Shown here piece by piece: positions 37,003 to 48,900 of a DNA stretch of 64,000 bases (position 1 is the first letter of the stretch; each line of letters begins with the position of its first letter). The position numbers and the translations under genes are program-made. The notes under the pieces were generated by a model that saw only the letters and a program-made list of their open reading frames with translations, was not told the DNA's origin and searched no databases. The stretch is from Macrostomum lignano. Lineage: Eukaryota. The stretch covers positions 124,001 to 188,000 of the forward strand of contig NIVC01001519.1 of the NCBI GenBank assembly GCA_002269645.1. The letters run 5' to 3'.

Positions 37003-38757
37003 GAAGGATCTAGTGACATACTCAGTGAAGGATCTAGTGACATACTCAGTGTAGGATCTAGTGACATACTCAGTGAAGGATCTAGTGACATACTCAGTGA
37101 AGGATCTAGTGACATACTCAGTGAAGGATCTAGTGACATACTCAGTGAAGGATCTAGTGACATACTCAGTGAAGGATCTAGTGACATACTCAGTGAAGGA
37201 TCTAGTGACATACTCAGTGAAGGATCTAGTGACATACTCAGTGAAGGATCTAGTGACATACTCAGTGAAGGATCTAGTGACATACTCAGTGAAGGATCTA
37301 GTGACATACTCAGTGAAGGATCTAGTGACATACGTAGTGAAGGATCTAGTGACATACTCAGTGAAGGATCTAGTGACATACTCAGTGAAGGATCTAGTGA
37401 CATACTCAGTGAAGGATCTAATGACATACTTAGTAAAGGATCTAATGACATACTCAGTGAAGGATCTAGTGACATACGTAGTGAAGGATCTAGTGACATA
37501 CTCAGTGAAGGATCTAGTGACATACTCAGTGAAGGATCTAGTGACATACTCAGTGAAGGATCTAGTGACATACTCAGTGAAGGATCTAGTGACATACTCA
37601 GTGAAGGATCTAGTGACATACTCAGTGAAGGATCTAGTGACATACTCAGTGAAGGATCTAGTGACATACTCAGTGAAGGATCTAGTGACAGGCTTAGTGA
37701 AGGATCTAGTGACATACTCAGTGAAGGATCTAGTGACAGGCTCAGTGAAGGATCTAGTGACATACTCAGTGAAGGATCTAGTGACATACTCAGTGAAGGA
37801 TCTAGTGACATACTCAGTGAAGGATCTAGTGACATACTCAGTGAAGGATCTAGTGACATACTCAGTGAAGGATCTAGTGACATACTCAGTGAAGGATCTA
37901 GTGACAGGCTCAGTGAAGGATCTAGTGACATACTCAGTGAAGGATCTAGTGACATACTCAGTGAAGGATCTAGTGACATACTCAGTGAAGGATCTAGTGA
38001 CATACTCAGTGAAGGATCTAGTGACATACTCAGTGAAGGATCTAGTGACATACTCAGTGAAGGATCTAGTGACATACTCAGTGAAGGATCTAGTGACATA
38101 CTCAGTGAAGGATCTAGTGACATACTCAGTGAAGGATCTAGTGACATACTCAGTGAAGGATCTAGTGACATACTCAGTGAAGGATCTAGTGACATACTCA
38201 GTGAAGGATCTAGTGACATACGTAGTGAAGGATCTAGTGACATACTCAGTGAAGGATCTAGTGACATACTCAGTGAAGGATCTAGTGACATACTCAGCGA
38301 AGGATCTAATGACATACTTAGTAAAGGATCTAATGACATACTCAGTGAAGGATCTAGTGACATACGTAGTGAAGGATCTAGTGACATACTCAGTGAAGGA
38401 TCTAGTGACATACTCAGTGAAGGATCTAGTGACATACTCAGTGAAGGATCTAATGACATACTTAGTAAAGGATCTAATGACATACTTAGTGAATGATCTA
38501 GTGACATACTCAGTGAAGGATCTAGTGACATACTCAGTGAAGGATCTAGTGACATACGTAGTGAAGGATCTAGTGACATACTCAGTGAAGGATCTAGTGA
38601 CATACTCAGTGAAGGATCTAGTGACATACTCAGTGAAGGATCTAGTGACATACTCAGTGAAGGATCTAGTGACATACTCAGTGAAGGATCTAGTGACATA
38701 CTCAGTGAATGATCTAGTGACATACTCAGTGAAGGATCTAGTGACAGGCTTAGTGAC
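37003..38757. repeat. 24-bp satellite (GAAGGATCTAGTGACATACTCAGT), ~73 copies
   Basis: Direct sequence; gives 8-aa-periodic artefact ORFs in four frames. Confidence 0.99.
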
Positions 38758-39026
38758 TGTCAGACCCAGCGGCGCACATGAAGTAACGGTGCCCTCAAAT
38801 CCAGATACCACAGAAGCTCTTAGGTTAGAAAATTATGCAGTTTAATTTTCATCACGTCTGCTTGATCGAATCTTTCTGACCGCTTTTTTATAACCGAGCA
38901 AAAAGTGGAGAAAACTAATTAACAGAACTGCTCAGAAGCAAGCAATCAATAAATTTACCGATTGCAGTATCGGTCAAAGCAACTGAAAGTTTCTTGTCCA
39001 TTTGATTGAATCCAAAAGCACACAGA

Positions 39027-42000
39027 ATGGACCGCGGAATGCATCAATACCAGCAGCAGCAACAACCAAATCTGCAGCACAACCCTTACCATGGCCTTAG
39101 CAACGGTCGTCAATATCAACAACAGCAGCCGCCGCCGCCGCCTCCAATCATTGGTGGCGGAGCTGGCGAGCATTTGTTCTTCTTTAAAAAGCGAGCAGAG
39201 CGACTTGATTGGCGCCGTCTAGCCGCTATCGATGTTGATCGAATTCAGCGCGACCTGGACTTTGCCGCCCTGCAGGAGCACCTGGCCGGGGTTACTTATT
39301 GCGATGCCGAGTCAGAATTTGCTCGCTGTAACGATGCTAATTTAGTAAAGTTATTTCGGCTGGCTCAGTTAATGATTGAATATCTGCTGCATTCGCAGGT
39401 TGGTATAGATTGTTATCGAAATTGCTTTCTGTGTTATGATGCCGCGATACTGGTTGCTAGGGCCGGTTTATTCTTATAACACTGGTTGCTAGGGCAATCG
39501 ATTGTTGTAATACTCGTTGCTAGGGGCGGTTCATTCTTGTAATACTGGTTGCTAGGGCAATCGATTATTGTAATAATGGTTGCTAGGGGCGGTTTATCCT
39601 ATAATACTGGTTGCTAGGGCAATCGATTGTTGTAATACTCGTTGCTAGGGTCTGTTCATTTTGCAATACTGGTTGCTAGGATGATTAATTGTTATTATAC
39701 TGGTTGCTATGGTGATCATCGTTATGCTACCGGTTGCTAGGGCGATTACTGTAGGGATATTGGTTGCTAGCCAAATTTTTCCAACGAGTCTAGCACGAAT
39801 TCTCGAATTAAATTTAGGCAATCATATGCCTCACGCACTACTGCCGCCCCGATAAAAATACAGGAGTATCTGGCGCACACGCGCGGCCAGTTGGAGCGCC
39901 AGACGGCGGAGGCGCAGGCCGAAGCGCTGGCTTTGAAGCAGCGTCTGGCCGACAAGCAGCGGGAGGCCAACGATTTGAAGCGGGAATGTCACAAGAGAAA
40001 GAAATTATTGATCGCCCAGCAACAGCTGATGGAGGCTGGGCCGCAGTCCTATCAGCGCTGTCCCTATTGTCCGAAAGCGTTTCTTAACAATACCTTTCTG
40101 CGATCGCATATTAATAGGCGGCACGGAGGGGCCGAGTATCCGCCAACCGGGGCTGGCGCTTCGTCTGGTAGGGATCTGCAGGTATGTATGCTGGCTACTA
40201 GATATCCTTGAACTTCCAGATCCCTATGCGGGGTGTCCTTCAACCTTTTTTATCTTCTGAACTCCCTGACCAGATTCTTATCTTTAGTGTCCTTGAGCCC
40301 CCAGACCAGATTCTATCTTTAGTGTCCTTGATTGATTGAACTCCCAGACCAGATTCTTATCTCTGGTGTCCTTGAACTCCCTGACCAGATTCTTATCTTT
40401 AGTGTCCTTGAGCTTCCATACCATATTCTTTAGTGTCATTGAGCTCCCATACCATATTCTTTAGTGTCCTTGAGCCCCCAGACCAGATTCTTATCTCTGG
40501 TGTCCTTGAACTCCCTGACCAGATCCTTATCTTTAGTGTCCTTGAACTCCGTGACAAGATTCTTATCCTTAGTGTCCTTGAACTCCCTGACCAGATCCTA
40601 TTTTTAGTTTCCTTGATTGATTGAACTCTCAGACCAGATTCTTATCTCTGGTGTCCTTGAACTCCCTGACCAGATCCTTATCTTTAGTGTCCTTGAACTC
40701 CGTGACAAGATTCTTATCCTTAGTGTCCTTGAACTCCCTGACCAGATCCTATTTTTAGTTTCCTTGATTGATTGAACTCTCAGACCAGATTCTTATCTCT
40801 GGTGTCCTTGAACTCCCTGACCAGATCCTTATCTTTAGTGTCCTTGAGCTCCTAGACCAGATAGATCTTTATCTTAGATGTCCTTTAACATTCCAGACTA
40901 GACTCTCATCTTAGGCGTCCTTAAGGTTCAATTTCTCGTCTCACTTACTATTGAAACGAATTTTTATTAGCGTCCTCTCCTTACAATGGCACCGTTCAGA
41001 CCCGCGTTGACCTGCTGTCCCAGCTGACCCGGGAGGAGCTCCTGACTCGCCTAAGCCAGCTCGATTCCGCCGCTGCCGCCTCAGCCGGCGCTGCCGAGTC
41101 GCCCGGACGGCGTCAAAGACAACTGCAGCAACAACTGGCCGAGATGCAGGCCAAGCACGAGGCCGAGTTGGCCAGACTGCGCGATTCGCACGAGCGTCAG
41201 CTACGTCAGCAGCAGCAGCAGGAGCGCGAGCGTCAACAACTTCAACAGCAGGAGGCTAGGCGTCGTACAAATCTCGGCGAATTGCTTATGGACGACGACG
41301 AGGATGACATGGGAAATGCCGATGATAAAGTGTCGGCTCGTCGGGCAGCGCCGGCCGCGGCCGCAGCTTCGGGCAGTTCAATGCCGGCCCGACAGCCGGA
41401 GGACGATCTGGCTGCTGTGTCGGCCCAGATGCGCCGGAATCTGGATCTGCACGCGAGTTCGCGGGAGTCTCTGCTAATGAATAGCACTACTGAGAATAGC
41501 ATGGCACAGGGCGTTGAGGCTATGCGGACCAGCGGCCTGCTGGCTCGGCTGAAAGGCGATCGCGGTATTGTTGAAGGCTTGAAGAGCGAATTGGCTCAGT
41601 TGCTTGAGGAACAGCTCGAGGAGCGGGGCATTGGGCCTAATACTACTCGAATTAGCAATCGGGTGCTCAATGAGAAACTTGCGATGCTGGCTCGTGAACG
41701 AGAGCAGGTGGCCTTCAAGTTTAAGAATTTTGAACAGCTGAGGCGACAGCACGCTGCATCGGTGAGAATGGCATTAGCTGCATGTTACCGATATGTATCG
41801 ATGGAATGCTTCTTTAGCATATCTTGACCTACTCCCGATATGTATCGATAGAATGTTTCTTTAGCATTTTTTGACCTACTCCCGATATGTATCGATGGAA
41901 TGTTTCTTTAGCATATCTTGACCTACTCCCGATATGTATCGATAGAATGTTTCTTTAGCATATTTTGACCTACTCCCGATATGTATCGATGGAATGTTCT

Positions 42001-44223
42001 GTTAGCGTAGCTTACTCCCGATATGTATCGATAGAATGTTTTCTTAGCGTAGCTTACTCCCGATATGTTATGATAAATGTTTCTTTAGCATATTTTGACC
42101 TACTCCCGATATGTATCGATAGAATGTTCTGTTAGCGTAGCTTACTCCCGATATGTATCGGGAGTAATATCCAGGGAGATACGCTAGCGCCGTTCCTATT
42201 TATTCTGGTGCTTGACTGGGTGCTACGGACTGCTCTGCCTTCCAACGACGACGGCTTCCTGCTGCGGCGACGCGTGGTCGACGCCAACCGGAGAGACGGC
42301 TCAGCGTGCTTGGCTACGCCGATGACCTCGCCCTGCTGTCCTCGACCGTCGAGGGCGCCCAACGACAGCTGGATAGGCTGGTTGCCGTTGCGGCGAGCGT
42401 CGGCCTGGTGGTCAACACGCAGAAGACCGTCGTGCTATGCGTGCCGGACGACACCGAGGCTGCAATCTTCTGCCGAGGCGCTGACGGACAGGCAAGTGAG
42501 CTTCCAAGATGTCAGCAGTTCGTCTACCTCGGCGGTCTGGTTCCCGACGTCCGCGAGGATCTGCGGCGTCGCCGAGGACTTGCTTGGGCTGCCTTTCGTT
42601 CTATAAGGTCAGTCCTGCAGTCCGAGGCCCTACCGGACCGCCAGAGGGCGGCGCTGTTCCAGGCGGTGATCGAGACCGTCCTGTTATACAACGCCGAGAC
42701 CTGGACGCTGACAGACTCGCTCGAGGCTCAAGTCGACGCGGCGCACGCTGGCCTGCTGCGCGCCGCCTTCAAGATCGGCAACGAGCGAGTCACCAACACG
42801 GCGCTCTATCATCGCGCCGGCCTGGCCCGTCCTAGCGATCTGCTGCGCCGTCGGCGACTCCAGCTGGCAGGCCACGTCATCCGCGCCGAGGCCTACTGTC
42901 CGGAGCCGGTGCAGGAGGTGCTGCTACTTACGTTGCAGGCACCCTACCGGCGGGGACAGGCGAAGACTCGGCGCTACGTCGACTGTCTGCTGGCTGACGC
43001 CGGCGCCCCGGACTCTGCCGGCGGTGCGGCTTTTGTTCGCGCCCAAACTTTGAAGCGCGCCATCTGACGCTGCTTTTGTGAACTGGCAGCGTACTCTGTT
43101 GTTGTTGTTGTTGTTTGTTGTTGTATCGATAGAATGTTCTGTTAGCGTAGCTTACTCCCGATATGTATCGATAGAATGTTTTCTTAGCGTAGCTTACTCC
43201 CGATATGTATCGATAGAATGTTTTCTTATCATCCATCCATTGATTAATCGACAGGTGGACGCCAAAGCGCGTCAAATATTGAACGGCACAGCAGGTGCCG
43301 CCGGGGCCAACGCCAGCGGGCCGGGCACCCAGTCGCTAACCAGACTGCAGCAGCAGCAAATTCAGCGGCCAACAGTCCGCGTCACCCATCCCGAAGATGA
43401 CGAAGCCTCAGAAGAAGAAGACTCTGAAGAGGATGATGAGGAAGAAACCGAAGATGAAGAAGAAGAAGAGATTGTCCCGAACAGCAAGCAGCAGGTGCCC
43501 GCGCAGGTGCACACCAACCCGGCGCCTGGCAACGCCGCAGCCGCTACTGCCATCGAAGAATTCGATTCGGACGAATACGAAGACGAAGACGAGGACGAGT
43601 ACGAAGAAGAGACCGCTACTCGAACTGCCGACCATCGTCATCCTGAGACGGCGGTGTCGGCCACCGACGGATCTAGGCGACCTCCCGGAGTGCCGGACCT
43701 TCGACTTGGCGGCATTGTCGGCGGCGCCGGCGGTGGCGCGGGCGTCAATCCCACTCCCAGTCCACGCCTTCCGCGCTCCCACCAACAGCAGCAGCTGCAG
43801 CACCATCTGGCTCCCGATTCGCCAGACGCTGTACACGCTTTCGACTCTCCCGATGGCGCTGTCGGCGGCGGCGGTATTTCGCGGCATCCTCAGCAGCGCC
43901 TACCAGCGGAGGCGTCCTCTTCCTGGGACTCGCAGGGCGACGAGATCTCCGAGTTGAATGCCGTTACTAACGGCGGCGGAGGAGCTGCCGATCTCAACGA
44001 TGAAGTCAACGACCTGCTGCAGAAGCTGGGTTCCTCTGGCAACGGTGGCGGCGGCGGCTTGAATGTACGCGGCTCGGCCCAGACCGACAACAGCAACACG
44101 TTGGACACGTCGCAATGGGCCGTCACCTCCAATGTGGTTAGCACTGTTAATCCCGGCGCTACGGGCCGATCGTTGGGCACTAATAAAAGTTCAGATATTG
44201 GCGAAGAATCATTCGATGACTAA
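39027..44223 (+). CDS. DZIP1: DZIP1/Iguana ciliary basal-body C2H2 zinc-finger protein (~811 aa)
   Basis: Exons 39027-39398, 39864-40167, 40971-41761, 43255-44223; Dzip N-terminal FFFKKRAERLDWRRLAAIDVDRI...LVKLFRLAQLMIEYLLHSQEYL; coiled coil; CPYCPKAFLNNTFLRSHINRRH. Confidence 0.92.
39450..39770. repeat. Degenerate ATACTGGTTGCTAGGGC minisatellite, DZIP1 intron 1
   Basis: Direct sequence. Confidence 0.88.
40205..40905. repeat. ~36-bp minisatellite (GTGTCCTTGAACTCCCTGACCAGATTCTTATCTTTA), DZIP1 intron 2
   Basis: Direct sequence. Confidence 0.92.
41785..43228. repeat. ~47-bp minisatellite (TACTCCCGATATGTATCGATAGAATGTT...), DZIP1 intron 3, split by an RTE insertion
   Basis: Units at 41785-42160 and 43122-43228. 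Confidence 0.9.
42161..43121 (+). mobile_element. 5'-truncated RTE-clade non-LTR retrotransposon (RT C-terminal half)
   Basis: QGDTLAPFLFILVLD then 1-bp frameshift to VLGYADDLALL; VVNTQKT, FVYLG, LLYNAETWTL, LQLAGHVIR; stop 43067; (TTG)n tail; TSD TGTATCG at 42154-42160 and 43122-43128. Confidence 0.9.
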
Positions 44224-44483
44224 CTTTGTTCTCATATTTTATTTGCTGTTTTTACATTAGTTGTTTTTATTGAAATTCAAGACTGGTTTCTATATATGAG
44301 ACTTTATTTTTTACCTGTCTAAACCCAACATTTTATTTCACTGTCTAGAGTAACTTTATTATGCGTTAGTTGAACCTTTTGGGCCATGGACAATGAAAAG
44401 CCAGTCTTCAGTAGCTTGATTCTGCCGATAAGGATTGAATTGCGTTGCTCCCGACAACTAATTGGCTTGGGAAATGTTATATA

Positions 44484-45050
44484 TGGGGTCGGCAAACTCG
44501 CCGGTCACATGCGGCCGGCAGAGCCTCTCTGTCCGGCCCTCGTGTCCTTTGAAACTTCACAATAGCTCAAGGTTTGTGTCTCTTTTTAGGTCTCTTCTCT
44601 ACGATCTCCTCTTCTTTCGTTTCCTCTCCTCTTCTCTCCGTCTCCTCTATCTTCTCTCTCTCCTCTCCTCTCCTCTACCTTATCTCTCTCCCTCTCCTCT
44701 ACCTTCTCTCTCCTTTCCTCTCCTCTCCTCTATCTTCTCTCTCTCCTCTCCTCTCCTCTACCTTCTCTCTCCTCTCCTTTCCTCTCCTCTCCTCTCCCTC
44801 TCCTCTACCTTCTCTCTCTCCTCTCTTCTCCTCTCCTCTCCTCTCTCTCCTCTCCTCTCCTCTCCTCTCCTCTCTCTTCTCTCTTCTTTCTTCTCCTCCT
44901 CTCGTATTTATCTCTCGTCTCCTCTCGTCCTCTTTTCTCTCTTCTCTATAACTTTGTCTCTCCTTTCTCTTATCTCTCCTCTCTATTTCATTTCCTCTCT
45001 GGTCCGCAATTATACGCTGGGTTCTCTATCTAGCCCTTGAGGTAAAAACA
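44484..45050 (+). mobile_element. Charlie-like hAT non-autonomous element with internal CT-rich tract (44590-45000)
   Basis: GGGGTCGGCAAACTCGCCGGTCACATGCGGCC 5' end; flanks shared with 24421-24788; possible right end GGCACCCCTG at 45100-45109, TSD not confirmed. Confidence 0.6.
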
Positions 45051-45954
45051 AGGTTTCCGACTCCCCCCTTGTGCTATATAAAATTGCACGATTGTTGTTG
45101 GCACCCCTGGTGGAATGCCTTTGGAAGTTAAAAATGTACAAAACTACCATCAATATTGTAAATGCATCAATTTTTCCCTTTTGTTTTACTTAGCCTAATT
45201 TTATCACTAGACGCTTTGACGCTATCTTTCACCTAATGGCAGTTGCCCATAGTGTATAATTTGATAACAGATTTAATAGCATCTATAGATTCACTTGTAT
45301 TGTATTGTTGTTTTTTGCTTACCTTACTACTACCTGGTTGTAGTAGTAGCAGTAGTAGTGTATTAACATGACACGTTGAAAAAAACTGATTTTGTCTTCC
45401 TTTTCCTAATTAATTGTTAAGAAATAGATTTCTGTATTTAATAGCTTCTGTTGTTTAAAAATTAAAGGATTTTATCTATTCTTTATTGAACTCTCTGAGT
45501 CAAATGATTACCCGTCCAACTTTAATATGTACCTGGTCAATATTTAATAATATCTTCTCAATTACCTGTAATTAAACTGGCGGGACCATTAAAATATGTA
45601 GCTATTTCGTCACTTAGCAGTGCTAATATTTATAAATTTTTCTGAATCATACTACTTACTAATTACTCGTTATGAGTAGTTTATGCGCGCGTGTTTTCGG
45701 ATTTCTGCGTCTGTCTCTTTGAATATAAAATAAATAAAGCCTCTATTTATATTTTATCTTTTCTATTACTTTAGTATTGTTTAAGTCTATTTTTTTACTT
45801 TTTGTAACTAAGTAGTACACTAAGTAGTATATATTCATATTGCAACTTATCCTGAACTTTATTTTCTGATAAAAAACTCATCAAGCAATTTCTACGCTAT
45901 TTAACACTACTCACAGTAGTTCATTCTAGAGTGAAGTGCTTATAAAATGCAGCT

Positions 45955-48900
45955 ATGAAGAGCGGCTCGCCGCAATTTCGCTTCGGTCTGCTGTCGTCCA
46001 ACAGCGGCGGCGGTGGCGGCGGCGGCGGCGCCCGACATCCGACTCTGTTTGCGTCGCGTTCATTTGTGTTATTATTCGCGGCTATTGGGCTTATGTGGCT
46101 CTACTGCTTCACCATGTCTAGCTGGGGCGCCAGTTCTGACCGGCAAGACTCGGAAATATTGCGACAGCAACTGCTGGACCTATCGAAAAAGTGCGCCCGT
46201 TTTCCTCTTGAGGAAATGCCCCCCCATACTCCAAAGCACCCCCCTACCCACCTGAAGAATTGCCCCCTACTCACCTGAGGAATTGCCCCCCTACCCACCT
46301 GAGGAATCGCCCCTACCCACCTGAGGAATTGCCCCTACCCACCTGAGGAATTGCCCCCTACTCACCTGAAGAATTGCCCCCTACTCACCTGAGGAATTGC
46401 CCCCTACCCACCTGAGGAATTGCCCCTACTCACCTGAGGAATTGCCCCCTACTCACCTGAAGAATTGCCCCCTACTCACCTGAGGAATCGCCCCCCCCTA
46501 CCCACCTGAGGAATCGCCCCCCCCTACCCACCTGAGGAATTGCCCCCTACCCACCTGAAGAATTGCCCCTACCCACCTGAAGAATTGCCCCCTACTCACC
46601 TGAGGAATTGCCCCCTACCCACCTGAGGAATCGCCCCCTACCCACCTGAGGAATTGCCCCCTACCCACCTGAGGAATTGCCCCCTACTCACCTGAGGAAT
46701 TGCCCCCTACCCACCTGAGGAATCGCCCCCTACCCACCTGAGGAATTGCCCCCTACCCACCTGAGGAATTGCCCCCTACTCACCTGAGGAATTGCCCCCT
46801 ACCCACCTGAGGAATCGCCCCCTACCCACCTGAGGAATTGCCCCCTACCCACCTGAGGAATTGCCCCCTACTCACCTGAGGAATTGCCCCCTACTCACCT
46901 GAAGAATTGCCCCCTACTCACCTGAGGAATTGCCCCTACTCACCTGAAGAATTGCCCCCTACTCACCTGAGGAATCGCCCCCCTACCCACCTGAGGAATT
47001 GCCTCCCTACCCACCTGAGGAATTGCCCCCTACCCACCTGAGGAATCGCCCCCCCCTACCCACCTGAGAAATCGCCCCCCTACCCACCTGAGGAATCGCC
47101 CCCCCCCGCGCCCGCAGATACGTGAAGAGCCTTGCCAGCGAGACTGGTGAGGTAGTGGACGGGCCATATTCAGGCCGGCTGACCGGCTACGATTTAAAGA
47201 AGACGCTGGCCGTTATGCTGCACGACATGATGAGGCGGCTGGACCGGATTGAAAATCGGCTGTTTAGCGGCGCTGGCGGAGTTAACTGCAGCGGGAGCGA
47301 TTCTCGGCTGCATGAGGCGAAGGTGAGTGCCTCTGCTTTGCTGTGCCAGCCTTCCAGATCCTCAGTTGCTGAGCCTCCATCCCAGATCTTCAGTTGCTAA
47401 GCCTCCATCCCAGATCCTCAGTTGCTAAGCCTCCATCCCAGATCCTCAGTTGCTAAGCCTCCATCCCAGATCCTCAGTTGCTGAGCCTCCATCCCAGATC
47501 CTCAGTTGCTAAGCCTCCATCCCAGATCCTCAGTTGCTAAGCCTCCATCCCAGATCCTCAGTTGCTGAGCCTCCATCCCAGATCCTCAGTTGCTAAGCCT
47601 CCATCCCAGATCCTCAGTTGCTAAGCCTCCATCCCAGATCCTCAGTTGCTGAGCCTCCATCCCAGATCCTCAGTTGCTGAGCCTCCATCCCAGATCTTCA
47701 GTTGCTAAGCCTCCATCCCAGATCCCCGGTTGCTGAGCCTCCATCCCAGATTTCAGTTGCTAAGCCTCCATCCCAGATCCTCAGTTGCTAAGCCTCCATC
47801 CCAGATCCTCAGTTGCTAAGCCTCCATCCCAGATCCTCAGTTGCTAAGCCTCCATCCCAGATCCTTAGTTGCTAAGCCTCCATCCCAGATCCCCGGTTGC
47901 TAAGCCTCCATCCCAGATCCTCAGTTGCTAAGCCTCCATCCCAGATCCTCAGTTGCTAAGCCTCCATCCCAGATCCTTAGTTGCTAAGCCTCCATCCCAG
48001 ATCCCCGGTTGCTAAGCCTCCATCCCAGATCCTCAGTTGCTAAGCCTCCATCCCAGATCCTCAGTTGCTAAGCCTCCATCCCAGATCTTCAGTTGCTAAG
48101 CCTCCATCCCAGATCCTCAGTTGCTAAGCCTCCATCCCAGATCCTCAGTTGCTAAGCCTCCATCCCAGATCCTCAGTTGCTGAGCCTCCATCCCAGATCC
48201 TCAGTTGCTAAGCCTCCATCCCAGATCCTCAGTTGCTAAGCCTCCATCCCAGATCCTCAGTTGCTGAGCCTCCATCCCAGATCCTCAGTTGCTGAGCCTC
48301 CATCCCGGATCTTCAGTTGCTAAGCCTCCATCCCAGATCCCCGGTTGCTGAGCCTCCATCCCAGATTTCAGTTGCTAAGCCTCCATCCCAGATCCTCAGT
48401 TGCTGAGCCTCCATCCCAGATCCTCAGTTGCTGAGCCTCCATCCCAGATTTCAGTTGCTGAGCCTCCATCCCAGATCCTCAGTTGCTGAGCCTCCATCCC
48501 AGATCCTCAGTTGCTAAGCCTCCATCCCAGATCCTCAGTTGCTGAGCCTCCATCCCAGATCCCCGGTTGCTGAGCCTCCATCCCAGATCCTCGGTTGCTG
48601 AGCCTCCATCCCAGATTTCAGTTGCTGTCTGTCATTTGCTTCCACGCACTGAAAATGTCACCTGCTTTGCATTGCCCTAATTGAAATTCGTTTCATCCCG
48701 CAGCTTAGAGACGCAGCAATGTCCCAACAGACACAGCAGCCGCCGCCACCCATTCAGGTCCAGCAGCCGGCGTCATCTTCGCTAAGCGGCGCTGCCCCCG
48801 CCCCAGCCGCTTCTGATGAAGTTGATGCCAGCATGCTGCTTAGCGGCTACCAAGAGAACTGCGAAATTCCTTTAGAGAGTAAATTTGAATATCCAGACTG

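Noticed and set aside
36972-38845. Four long ORFs (506-603 aa)
   Set aside because: Pure 8-aa periodic translations of the stop-free 24-bp satellite in several frames; no unique coding sequence or splice context.
40168-40183. Alternative DZIP1 donor at 40181 (CAG|GTATGT)
   Set aside because: Out of phase with the 40971 acceptor; the donor at 40167 keeps the frame. RNA-seq needed to exclude minor use.
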